Source: Phoronis australis
Lineage: Eukaryota > Animalia > Phoronida
DNA length: 64,000 nucleotides
NCBI GenBank assembly: GCA_002633005.1
Contig: NMRA01000120.1
Location: 559,940-623,939 of the forward strand
Direction: 5' to 3'
Of this stretch, positions 50,881 through 64,000 are shown piece by piece (positions within the stretch are counted from its first letter, which is position 1; the number at the start of each line of letters is the position of its first letter). The translations under genes and the position numbers were made by a program. The notes below the pieces were generated by a model. That model saw only the letters and a program-made list of their open reading frames with translations, was not told where the DNA came from and did no database searches.

Positions 50881-53609
50881 GAGAGTCGTATTAACTGATA
50901 GCGCGCGACAAATGAAGAACACTGCAAGAATCTCGAGGCATACCGCAGAAATTCTCAGGATAGTCAGAATGCGTTTCCGGGCGAACCAGGGCCCATAGAA
51001 AACTAGGAAAATGTGGGCTGTCTAGCATAACACATCGGAAACAAACCGTATATACAAATGGGTGTAACCAGGCTAGAGTCCCGAACGCTCGGCTTATAAA
51101 GCGGCAGTAAACCTGCATTCCGTGGAAGACACTTAACTTTTAATTCACACTACTAACCGCCATATAATTGGTCTTAATTTGTCCCTTAACCAGATGAAAA
51201 GTGATTTTTGGTTTTGCAAAGAACTGACAGTTCGTTATTGCTCGAAATCATACTTGACGAATAAAATGACAGGCCGTGAAAAGTCAACTAGAAGAGCTGG
51301 GTTCGAAACCCAGAATTCACCTGACAGAGGAACAATTTCTGAACATTTCGATAACGGTAAGTGGTCTAAATCAAAAGTTGTTTCTTATGACGGAAAGCGG
51401 GTCCGTAGCTCAATTAAGTGCATTTTTGGTAAATTTCATTATTAAACTCAAGTTCGCTGATACGTCGTGCATGAACGTAGTTACTGTACCTCGCAAATAA
51501 GACAATGCGACTCGTTTGCCCAGATTTCACCGATGACGTAACTCACGCTGATTCTGGCCTATTGCGGGGGTTTTGAATTGCCTTTAAGGTTCATAGCTCT
51601 TTTTGTGGCATTCCTTCAATTTAACCTCTGACTCCGACACTTGCTACAAAATGCGATGTTTTTCCATTATCTCAAAACCTCCAATGTGAAGAGTTATTGG
51701 ACATAAACAGGTGCGCGTTTTTTGCTTGTGGTAGCGACCGTCTGCTAAAGCACTCATTTTACAGCTGTTTATAAAAGCTGGCTTTAAGGAAAAAGTGTGC
51801 ACTACGTTGCACCCAGCACAAGTGGCATTCCAATAGTTCACCTGTCCATGCAGGTGCGAAAACGTGTGCTCAGGGGGTGTTCTCAAAAGTCAAGCTTTTA
51901 CATGCAAAGTTCAACAGTTGTATTATAGTATTCTAAACACTACGACACGACCAAGTTTAAAAAGTTAGAATTTTTACTTGAGGTACTTTGATTTATCTGA
52001 CCTTTAGTATTTTATTTTGCACCAAGACAAATATCAAATGTATCATGGATCAGACACATTCCGTAAAATAATGTAACCTGGCCTGTATGCAACTGGATGT
52101 TAAAGGTACTTCCCAAACAGAACAATAAACATAGTTACGGGCTGAGCAAAACCGCTTGCTCACCAGAATCGTCGAATTTAGTACATACACTGTACACATA
52201 AGAGCATGAGTATCGTGGAAGTATTACGGAAATACTCTCGTAGGCTCTAAAATCAGCATGTCGGAAGCGTTTTTGGTGGCGTCCTTACTCCTGAGGAGGC
52301 CCAGGACTTTCTTAAATCCGCCTATAACATTGTTGCTTCACTAAAAAGGAAGATTGCAATAATCAGCTAATGTATCAAGGTAAGACGTGCATGCAGTGAG
52401 CTAATTTTGGAAGGTAAACAAACAAATGCGATTCCCAACATCGTATTGATCCAAAAGCTGTGGGCGTTTTTCGACGAAAACACGACAGAACCCCCCGAGG
52501 TTGCTGAACTTGTGTTAAATAGATCAACACGTTAAAACATTACTCGTCTTCTGAGCAATTTACTGGAGTTATCTCGGCAATTCATCGTATGCCTTTCCAC
52601 GCCAAATAATCGATGCACCGGAATTCGATTTTACTTACACCCACACGCGAGTTGCGAACACCTGGTTAAAATAGGGAGAAAGACTGTGCATGTGTTTATC
52701 ATATTTGTGCGTATTTAGATACATAATGCATACATCCGAAATGATGCGTTTTTCAAATAAATTTGTCCCTCAAGTGTTTCAACTATACATGTATACACAT
52801 GCCGTAGCTTCACATATAGGTCAATGCGGCTATCCCTGTATGCAAATGTTTAAAGTGAGTGTTTCAAACATGTTTTGTTCAATCACAGTTCTTTTCCGTT
52901 AATCACGTAAGCCAATATTGGGGTGGAAACATCTTAGGCGTATGTCATATCATATTAATCAAATAACGAAAAAAGGTGATTAGGGGAAATCTCGCGAGAC
53001 CTGCGCATCCGAGACACGGAAAAGCTGGTCAGATCACTCGAAAATCATAACTACAAACTCGTGCAACTCATTCGTGAATAAACCATTTATCAGAAAAATT
53101 CACTTTCTTGCTGAACTTCCAAAGGTTGAAGAAGTGGACGACTAATCGGCCCGGCCGGCACTGTGATGACCTCTTCAACCAAAAGACGTTAAAATAGAAA
53201 AATCGTCACGACAACGCGCGTACTAGGTTCACTGAAGATAGTCATTGACTGCGCGTTCTAATGACCAAAATGAGAGAAGTGACTAACTTTTTGCGCAAGC
53301 TTTTATACGCGTCATAAGTAAGTGTGCATGGGCTAAATGAGTATTTTTCAAATATAGTTAGTGTTTAACGTAATTTCAATTTGAATACACGGCAGAATCT
53401 ACCATTTTGTATCCGATACTTGTAAGTCAAGTTTCACTCATGTAATGTGCAGTTCCGCCTTTGAAAATGTTCGTTCATGTTATGAGGCGAAAACCTTCTT
53501 GTTTTTTGACGCGGCCAATGGAGTCGGCAAGTTCATGGGACATGGAGTCCCGCGGGTTATTAGTCAAAATGCAGGAGACTCGACCACATAAGGGTTGACC
53601 TACTTACTA

Positions 53610-53740
53610 TCAACTTCATCATCATCACCACCGCCACCGCCATCATCACCATCTTCCTTACGTTATGATCATCATCGGCTGATTACAATCACCACCAAAA
53701 CAAATCGTCGTCCCCACCATCACCACCACCACCATCATCC
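53610..53740. repeat. (CAT/CAC)n low-complexity repeat
   Basis: Direct inspection. Confidence 0.8.
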
Positions 53741-56700
53741 GGGTATTCTGATTGCTCGTATTATTTTTATTTATTTATTTTCACCATTGGCATTACCATA
53801 GCTACCCTCATCGTCAATGTTACCTAGCTGTAATGACTTACATATTAACATATTTACAGCATGAGGGTTTCTTCAATGTTTTCTTGTAAGACTAGAACTC
53901 ATATACTGTGGTGCACCTGTCCGTGGAATGTATGTTTAGCTTCTGTTCATAAGTCAAGTTCCAGCACAAACTCTAGTCTATCTTAAGCCTGCTATCATCG
54001 ATTGCTATCGCGTCAACCAATATGTCACCGGCGAACACCTGTGGGGTTAATTAGTACAAGCACGCTTCACCTTGAGTATGCTAACCTTCGTTACGTAACA
54101 CCACGTGTGCACGTTGTTCGAGCGAAAGGCATGTGTACTTTTTTGGTTTAGGAAGACAGCGTTCTGAACGCTTCACCTGGCACACAATTGTGTCTCGGGC
54201 ATAGTGTTCTTGGAATAAATACCACGAACGTAGCAACAGAACTCGATGCCATTCACGTTGACAGAAGTAGTAAAAACAGCAAATGATACTTCTCACAACA
54301 AGTATTTCTTTTAAAAGACATCAAGGTTAAAACATTGAAAAACATATTCAATACTGTCTCGCACGTTTATCATTTTGTCATTTATAATTGAAAACTGACG
54401 AAAAATGTGAAGAGTACAACAGGTGGCAATATAATTGTAATATACGCTTATCTAATGTACTATAAGCTTAAACACACGATATCTCACGTGAAGCTCCTAC
54501 AGCACTTTTGGAAAGACTAGAGGAATGATAAAGCAATATTCCATCTTCGGACTGCAACTAAGAAAACCTTATTTCCAATGATCGGAAACCCTGGACAGTG
54601 AGTGATTTCCTAAAACCCTTTTGGGTTGGAGATAAACCAACTCCATTTTAAAATCTATTGGTACAACAGCCTCTAGCCATTAGCACTCGGAGCGACTCAG
54701 TTTTCTAGCGGTTAGATTGAGCATGCTCATACCCCACCGTGCACCAGGCAACAATCCAAATGGCTACCATGAATGTACCAGGTACTCGTGCTTCTTCTTG
54801 TTAAAACACTGATGTGTGGAGAGATGGCCGAACGAAACACCTAGTCCACTCATGCAAAATTGGCTGGAGATTGTTGTAAACAGTCCAACCGATTATAGAA
54901 ATTGCGTTACTAAATATTAGGTCAAAACGCGAGTCTTGAATCAAAACAACGCCAAGAATCGGGCTTCCGCAATCTGAATGACATTTGTCGCAATCCAAAC
55001 ACAAAATAAACCCCGTTCTATTAGTTTACATACTTCCTAGTAGAAACCCGATTCTTTCTGGATTAGAAGTCCTCGGCTGAGTTCCGTAGACAAAGTTTGC
55101 TACAAGCACAATGAGAACACGCGAATGTTTGCGAGTCATTGCCATGCATTGCAAGTAAAGCACGTGATCAAACCAGCTTAACTCGCAAACGAGCCGCGTC
55201 TACGGAACGCAGCCTCGTTTTCACTCCCACATTCTTCGTGGGAAACGGGGCAGACATGCGCAGGGGGCCACGATCTTTGACATTAGCAATGCGATTTCAT
55301 TCGACTTTTTTCATTTATTCTTTTTCTCGGAAATAACAGATATTTTGAGAATGTTTAAACAACGCTTATCTTTTCCTAATGTTGTGCACTAAGTAAATTT
55401 CATTACCAAAAGAGTGTCAAAACCGCTGGCTTGTGGGTATTGAAATGCCAATGGCCATCCTTCAGCAGCTCATTTAGCAAGAAAAATGTAATACTAACTC
55501 TGGACTAATGTTTTGAAATTTAATTTTTAAAATGACATATGTATTTTTAACATTCCCCTAAATTGTACCGTTGGATAGCATGAACCGACCTATGTCTGTT
55601 TTTGCAAAATATTTGAATAAACGTCAGTTAGAAATATAACTACTCTAAGCTTCTTCTGGATGCAGCAAAATGATTTGCGAGAGCTTTACCACTTTTGTTA
55701 AACGTTCCAACAAAGAATTCCACAGGACAGTCCGCCATACAGTTTACGAATGTACTTCCTTTCGCCACGTGGACATTTCTCAGACCTCGGTCTCAGTGCT
55801 ACAAACCTTGCATTAACTTGAAATTTATTCTACAATGAAATCTAGGATAAGAACGATCCGAAATGACACTTTTGCTGGCTACTTTGAACGTTTATAATCG
55901 CACTCCATGTTTCGAGTATAAATTCAACAAAGTGCAATACACCCGTTGAACTTTCTCACAATAGCTTGACAACGGCAGACGATCTCTCGGACTGTGAGTT
56001 AATTGAGATCTAATGTAAGCCTGGGCTCGCATTGCCAAATCGAATACAACCCCGAATGTACCGAATGACCCGCAGGATGTTACGGTTCAAGTAGCGCGCG
56101 TGTTTGGGACTGTTCCGTACCCTGCTGAGTGTCATCGGTGCAGTGCATCGTTTGAAGTAGGGGTGAATTGGTAATTCATCACCTCCGCTTGCGCTGCCCT
56201 GGGGGTTCTTTCTGGTTCAAGTGATGGAGGAGTGATTTGTAGTCAGAAGTGACTACCTTATCAAGGAGAAGTATTTTACACTCAGTGCACCGAGCGGATA
56301 GCAGTGACATCGCGTCGGGCGTTGATGCAATGATAAAAAAATCTATTATCCGTTCAAACAAGAAGAGACGATTTAGTACATTGCTTGAGTTTACAAACGG
56401 TTGTAAAATCAAAATTCTCGGTATGCATATCGGTATTTTGTATCAGTGTTTGTAACTTAATGTTTCCTCTTAATTTAAAAAGGTTAGCTTTTTCTTTCAT
56501 TACATGTGCGTTCCAAACAGAGTCATTATTACGAACGTTTCTTATAATTTCTTACAGTTAAATATTCTTAAATTTCGGCAATACGTGTTTCCGTTATTTC
56601 TGAGATTACCGTTTTAAACCTTTACTACTAAAGTTATTTGATTATACCTGAGGAATATCGGCGAGCCAGCACCTACTGCTTGTTTGAGAGTGGCAGCTGC

Positions 56701-59700
56701 TCGCCGAAACTGCCGTAAGTAGACTAAGTCTAATTTATCGGTTGCGCACAAACTGGACTCGTAAATTATGGATCCCACCGAATTAGCACATTCAGTGATC
56801 GATGCGATTTTAAGGCTACAACTGAATCATGTTAACTACAACTGTTACAGGGTTTCGCGATGTTTAATCTGAAATGCAACGAATTGGTTATAAACTCTAA
56901 ACGCAAATAGTTTCGAGAGCGAAGACGGTTGGCGTAACCATGTGACCACCTGCAGTGACACGAACCAGCGGTGATCCTCGTGCAATTTGTGCAGACGAAA
57001 AAGTTGCACGGAATGCACCGAGACGCCCCAAATCAAGGGTATCAAACGTGGAGGACATTAAACACGTGATATTTGTTTAGCACTCGCTATCGATTGTAAC
57101 TAGTACTGAGGAAATTTCAAGGACTCTGGTGAATAAGGGCGTTTAATGTAGCCTACATGTTAATTGTCACAACATGTGGAAGGTATCTCAACACTGAGTT
57201 TCGCTTTCAATGAAAAAAGAAAACCTCATAACTGTCTTATATTCATGTCTATTTTTCATGGCGGTCTGAAGCCAGAGTTCTGAGGAGTGTGGTACCGGTC
57301 ACACGCGTAGGAAGAGAAGGGGGTTAGGGCCGTTCACGGGGCGAGCGCTCCCCACTTATGACGTCGCAAGGTAGCGCCCCTATTAAACAGAAACTTGGGA
57401 AGCGGGGGACCGGGAGGGTACGAGTCCCCCAATAATTTGCAGGCGTGAGGTGAAACCTCAGGTGCGATCGGCATTAGCGTAGGATGGNGCAGTCAACAAA
57501 AGAAATAGTTAACGGAACATGTGGAAGAGAGAATAATTTAGAGAGTGAGTGTCAACTGCCAGGGCTCGATGTTCCCCTTTGTTCCATTGATTACAAGACA
57601 ACAATATGCACTTACGGCGACAATCTTTGCTTATGGAACGAAAACAATTAATTCAATAAATAATGCATTAGTTCTGTCTCATAATTCAGCAACTCGCTTT
57701 CATCGATCAATCAATTCAGTGGCCGTCATTTGCTAGGGCAGGCTAGAAAGTTCCCGAGCATATTCACAAAACACATCGCGGATTTTGCGACGTCTTTCGA
57801 GATCTTGCTATTTCACAAGAAACTTTTAGCAGCCCCTCTTAGACGGCATAGGCCTACTCTCTTGGAGGGTGCCCCAGCAAAATTCCATCTTTTGCTCTCT
57901 GTAAATACCGCACTGTCATATTCAAAGGGAGAAGTAGAAAAAAGTTCAAATTGGTCATAAAAACACATACATAATATGTTTATGTCATGCAAAACAGCAC
58001 CAAGACATGTAGTCCAACAATGATGGGCTAGGCAAATGCTAGCAATATTTAAATCATTACCGCGCAGGATTTTACTCGAACTTTACCCGGCACCCGCCGT
58101 CACGATCAACATTTTGACAGGTGCAGGTTTTGCTGCCGAAAACTTTCAATGGCGTTGACCCGTGTGTCGGTTTTATGACAAAAATGGACACTTCGGAAGG
58201 GACTTACTCATAAAAACTGAACCCACTGGTATTCGTGAATGTATCCCTGGGACTTGCATCAGGCACGACTCATCTGCAGGTTTACTAACCCCAGTGGAAT
58301 CAAGATTGCTTTATGTCCACTCCAGCACTGGGCATCCACATCGGTGGCCACCCAATCACTATGAATAAACCGGTTGAAACTGTGTCTGATTTATAGTTAA
58401 ATTCAATAAAGTTTCTATAGTATGTTTCATCTTTTTTTAATTTTCGTAATACTCGAGTACATGCATTTGAGTAGGGAGAGGGGCATCCGATAAACAAATC
58501 GCTCCGAGCATCACCAAAACTTTGCACGCTATTGCCTGCGACTGCGAGATACATACATGTATTAGTTGCTTCAACATGTACGGAAAGAACTTTCAATTAG
58601 TACGATGTATATGTTACATGTTGGTTGGACACGAAACTGAAACCTTCGTGGAGCACATTTACAGCCAGGCCGGCTTTTCAGTTTACTACAACATGTTGGG
58701 TCATAAAACGCTTACATTACCATGACCAGAACCAAACATCGGCCTTGTTAACCTCAAAAAGAAATAGGTAAATTGTGAAAGCACTTGGTCCGTCCAGTTT
58801 ACATCTTTCTATGGCACACTTGAGCTCAAACCGCAGCAACAACGCTTTTGCTGAGGCACGTGCGCCTAGCGATGGTTCTATTTTCTTAAAATAAACTGCG
58901 GTTACTTGCCAATACACGTATCTGTTTACCTAACGTAAGAAGAACGCTTTGAATAATAACAACGGTTCGATCTCAGGACATCTCAGACGACAAGCTAAAA
59001 CGAAAATGGAAGATCTGCTTTCCCGGCATGCTGTGCAACAGGTGGTTGAACGGAGATCCTAGTAAACAACTAATCATGTGTTCGCGCAAAGTTACGTCAG
59101 GCACAGCGGTACGGAGCCGTGCGACAGAGTCTGGAAATTACCAGACTTAGTCCCGCTCAAATCAACAGTAATGTAACTATGACAAGTTCGCGCGCACACA
59201 CGATCTGTCTGCAGCCGAAAGTCAGACGCAGCTCCGCTCAGGCCGAACAAGAGATAACGTAGGGTTGTCTCTGAATTTTCCGAATATAAATTGCTCAAAC
59301 AAAAAAGAAACTTGAAGCAGGACGGATACTAATCAGAACGTCTCGCTTATTCATAGGAATAAGTGTAAAATTAACTGCCTACACAAAAACATCTCAGTAG
59401 CGGGTCCAATTAGTTAAAAGTGGACGAAACATTTAAGCTCTTACACCACACTTTATGTTTTGTGTATTTTGTGTTTGCATTCATCTTCTTTGTCCCTTCG
59501 GCGTGCGATTATCGATTAAGGCCTCGTCGCTCAAATAATACAAAAACAGTGGTTCTGCCAAAGGCATTTCACAAATTCGCCACAAATGCAAAACAGAATA
59601 CAAAATGAAAACTGCCTCTGCTCGCCGAGTTTAAAAGAATGTGCAAAAGAAAAGGCGTTAAAAATATAGCTGCGACTTACCAATCGTGTATTGCGCTGTA

Positions 59701-62700
59701 TATACTCCGTGTTCAACACATAACTAATGATTGCGCCATTCTTTATGACGTCATAGCTGCAAAAAAGAAAAGCAAGGTTACAGGAAATATCTATAACCAG
59801 CTGCGTGAGCGATATTTTGGTCGCAGTTGTTTTCAGCATCTGCCAACAACTTCAACCGAAGTTAAGGAGACTCTTTTCGACCAATTTTTAAGAAACTATT
59901 TTTTCAAAGCAAACTATTTCCTTGAGAATGTACAGCGATTTACACCCTTCGCCCAACTAAATATCGCTAGAATAGACTTGAGCATGTTTTACTGGGACTA
60001 ACTCCACATTGTGTTTTTTTATCAATTAAAAGTTCACAGCATGAGAGTTGTTGGACCGAGCTTGCTCAATACGACGTTTAAAATTCAAATTAAACCGACC
60101 TTTAGTGTGGTATAAATACATCGAAACGAATCACGAGTGCAAAAAAAAAACAACCGCGTTTCTTTGAATTCTGCATCAATATTCCCGAAAATTTTTAATC
60201 GATGTCCCCAGATATGTCTGAAATATTGGCAATCGAATGCCACGTACTCTGAGTTTTGTTGAAAAATCTAAATTTTGTGAAAAGCTAAAAAGTAGAAACC
60301 AATCGGAAATGATGGTAAAGAATAGCAAATTTAAAGTAACAAAATGACAAGAACGTATGAAGTGTGAAGCATGCCCTGGTGAAGCAAGGAAATATCACGA
60401 GGGAATGACAACTTGGGCAAAGATCACAAAGCGTGTTTCTGGCGGGCTTTTGAATCAGAGGTCTAATCTTGGTGAATCCGCGGTCAATATGATACCCGAA
60501 TATTATGACAACAGCATAAATATACCAGTAACCAGTAACAAGCAGAACGACTCAGTGAGACAACAAATCGGAACTACTTGGTCATTAAATTCGATTTTTG
60601 GCATTGTTACCGAGGTTATAAAAACAAGAACATTCAAACTTGAGTGTTCGTTTCCTGCTAAAAATCGACTAAGTCAATGCCGAACGGAAGTCGCCATTGA
60701 TTTGTGGGAACATTTTAGTTGTTCGACATTATTTAGTTGTCCCAAATACTATGTAAAACAGCGTAGGGTTACATGTTCACACTATTCTACGTTACAAAAA
60801 CTTTTGATGTTCGATCGATAGCCTTCAGATACTACCGTCACTCGTTAGTACACGTATACCAAACCCTGTACCGCCGCGACTTGCATGAAGACCAGCAGAG
60901 GCCTCGAGATTTGTTTTAGTCTAGTTGAAAAACTCAACGGTGTATTCATTCTTGAATTTAATATTTAATCAAGTCAAAATTCTACAAACACATTTTGGAA
61001 ATTGCTGCCTCACGTCATTCACTTTTTCGGTCGTGACCCGTGGTCGACCACCTGAGTATCATTGCGCCAAGTTTTGTACGAGTAAATTAATCTTAACGGT
61101 TACTTACGCCACACTCTCGGCCTACTATATAGCTATTTACCCAGGCGAGCTAACTGGAGAGTTAGACTTCGAAATATCCTTGGAGCAGTCTATGAACTGC
61201 GGGTGTTTCTCGCAAACACAAAATCAAACGTTGAATCCCGAAGAGCTCGTCGCTACTGCTACAAATCCCAACTAACGTTGCGGTGAAAACGTTATATCCC
61301 TGTCCTAGACTTTCAGCGTTTGCCGGTGGCCGGTAGTTGTCAAACGTGACGTTCGATTTGTTTCAGTTTTGACAAGAATATTGTCCTACACTTATAAGTA
61401 GTGACCCAGAAAACATACCACTTGAAATATTTTGGGCTGAACCCAATTCATCGCCGTGGCAAAAAATTACTAACATAAGTTTCAATTTGATAGTTATCAT
61501 GGACACCCCAGAGGAACGGCACAATAATATTCGCATTTCAAGTAAAAAGAGTTTTGCAGATAATCGGAGAATTTGATTCTTTTGGTATATACTGACATGC
61601 AGTAACAACGCTCTCCCAATCAAACGCTGTGCTACAAAATGTTTCAAAAGTTTAAAATCTCGTGTGGAAAACTTGAGCCATGTTTTAACAGTTTGTTATC
61701 CTTTACAGCACAAATAATTGCACTAGTTTTGCACAGTAATACAAAATTTTACTCTCTTGTTCTAAAAATGATAGCGACATGCACCGCAAGTGAAAATGAC
61801 GTGTAACTCTAGATGTCTCTGTGAATTATCAGAAAAGAAGTTTCAGACGAGAAAACAAGAGGCGCAATTTGCACCATGTTTGAATTTTTGCTCAGTGAGA
61901 ATACCAAGTAATAAAGCTCGCCCGTAAGTGCTCAATGTGCCTTGTTTTTTTAGCTTCAATGCTTTCTCCAACACGAAGTCGTGGAGACATTCTCGCAGGA
62001 ATTTGGTTATAAAAAGTCGCGGTTTCTTGTAAGCAACACCTCGTACAACTTGAATCGTGTGCATGCCGGATTATGTCATGAGTACGTGTAAGCTTTGTGA
62101 AAGAATGGATTATTTTGATAGTGAGATTTAGTCCGATTTAAAATCAAAACGGTATAATTATTAATGTGTTTGGATTGTCGGCCATGCGAATACATGCCCA
62201 TACCAAGCCATAGATTTCCCATTTCCGCACTGAATAACCAATACATAAATAAACACTTGAAATGAAAGAAACTGCATAAATATCACAGGTGCATCATATT
62301 TCGTAAAACACGTCTTCATTAATTCCTCCCACATCTGAAATTAATTGTCTTATCTGTTGATTTATTCGTATAGTTTCTCGGTTCAGTTATTTTTAATGTC
62401 GATATGCCGACGAGTGCACGAAGGAGAGCAGACGCTTCACCGTAACAAAAAAATCCAGTGCATCAGTTATCAGTTGCTTATTATTGCATTTGCCTGACCG
62501 CTGCAAGACCCCCACACGGCTGATGTGCGTGCACGCTCCTTTCACAGGAATAACCGCGATTGGTGGAGGCACACATTTCCTACTCGTTTTTTTCAACGTA
62601 GTTGCTCTGACTTTTTGACTAATGTAAATGTTCCAAGCAGTTGAAGCTTGGACGATGACGCAATCGTATGAGCCACAGAAACAGAAAAACAAGGAAATCA

Positions 62701-62739
62701 ATGCGCAATCGCGTATCAAACACTAGTGTGAAGGTTAAA

Positions 62740-62884
62740 CATGGGCGGCGCAGCACTGAAAAATGTGGGACGGCTATAGCCCTCCAGCCCCCCTGTGTTG
62801 CATCGCCCATAGACAATGGCCGGCGCAGCATTGAAAAAAGTGGGGCTATAGCCCCCCCAGCCTCCTATGGTGCGCCGCCCTTAT
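62740..62884. mobile_element. Two tandem ~70-bp MITEs (CATGGGCGGCGCAGCA...GGCTATAGCCC...CGCCC)
   Basis: Direct duplication; each unit has short TIRs. Confidence 0.6.
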
Positions 62885-64000
62885 AAAGCGCCATCGCGCA
62901 TGCCTACTACCCCCTTGGGTTCACATAACGACAACGAGTTGAAACAATATGCAGTATTTTTTCGTGGATATTATATTCTTGCGTTAATAGACAGAATTTC
63001 GACATACCTCAAGTGAGAATATTTCAAGAGAGGCAGCGAAGTCACTCGCCTAACGGTTACAATTAAAGGGCTTGCTGCTCGTGGCAGAAGTCAAACGCTT
63101 ACAATCCATGGCACGTGTAGCTAAATTCGTAAATTGTAAAAGTTGCCGCATAGAATTTCGAATGGATATCGTAACTAGTGACTACAAGACACCCTGGGGC
63201 ATTTAGGATATCCCCAGGAGAGACGTTAGCGATTACCCTAAACGGTGTTTTTATGTCGTTGATCATGTCCGTAAAAGGGAGGGCAGCCACATGGAAACAT
63301 GGCCTGATTCAGAGAGAAAGGAATGTAAAAATTAAAGTGAAAAGCTAACGCCGAGTCCTTTTGAAAGCAATGGTTTTTTAACCACCGACACAAATTTCCT
63401 TCTTGTACTATCCATTTTATGAAGACACACAGACTCACAATAATATACGCACTCCAAAACATAACAGGCATGCTCCATTGCAAAACACACCACTGCCATC
63501 TTTCGGCCTTTAGTGTTTTACACTTCTGTAGGAACTGGTCAGAATTGTGTTTGAAGTTCCATCTCGTAATGAGCAAAACAGTTATATCCATCACCTCCGA
63601 CGTTTAGTGGGTGCAACAAAAATCTGATTTAAGAAGACCTCGTTAACAGGACATTTACTTACCTCCTGAAGCATCCTTGGTGACAAGCTTAAGCCACAAT
63701 TCGAGTCAAGTTCAGCATTGGAGTTTTCGAAATCGCTCCTGTTGACCATCTTCAGGTGAGCGATAGACAATCATCAATTACCATTTGTGAAAACTGACAT
63801 TGTCATTTATGACAATTGACATTATCGTTTGTTACAACCGATTCACCTCACCAAAAACTGAATCCACGATCTTCAATTCAGAACTCGCAGTCAAGTGGCC
63901 GGGTTGATTTCAGAGAGACAGTAGATTTTTAAGATCTCGTTTTTAATCCCAGTGACAATCAGTTGCCGAAAATTAAAAATCATGATTATTGCTTGTGACA

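Noticed and set aside
59639-61275. ORFs of 116-154 aa on the plus strand
   Set aside because: No domain similarity, no coding-like composition and no consistent splice structure.

Overview
AT-rich eukaryotic (invertebrate-type) genomic DNA with spliceosomal introns and three assembly gaps. I rebuilt two minus-strand genes exon by exon, all with phase-consistent GT-AG junctions. (1) The 5' part of the HECT E3 ligase HECTD2: promoter and first exon near 12.2 kb, coding exons from 10311 down to 1504, running off the left edge, with an N-terminal CxxC-x14-CxxC zinc ribbon. (2) A complete 11-coding-exon clan-3 (CYP3A/TBXAS1-like) cytochrome P450, 36465 to 17943, 609 aa. It has a ~93-aa low-complexity H-I loop, a TATA/E-box/CCAAT promoter with a non-coding first exon at ~41.2 kb, and a second TATA-Inr promoter inside its 12-kb intron. 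The most striking unexplained signal is a highly structured ~220-nt segment starting at the P450 stop codon. It contains three tandem 32-nt hairpins whose variant positions pair (G-U) only on the mRNA strand. The rest is non-coding: regulatory-looking DNA rich in E-box, D-box and CRE motifs, a Tx1/L1 LINE relic, a THAP remnant, many MITEs, a tRNA-derived SINE, DNA-element-like repeats with internal Pol III cassettes, and microsatellites. Gene identities come from recalled protein sequences and motifs, not database searches.
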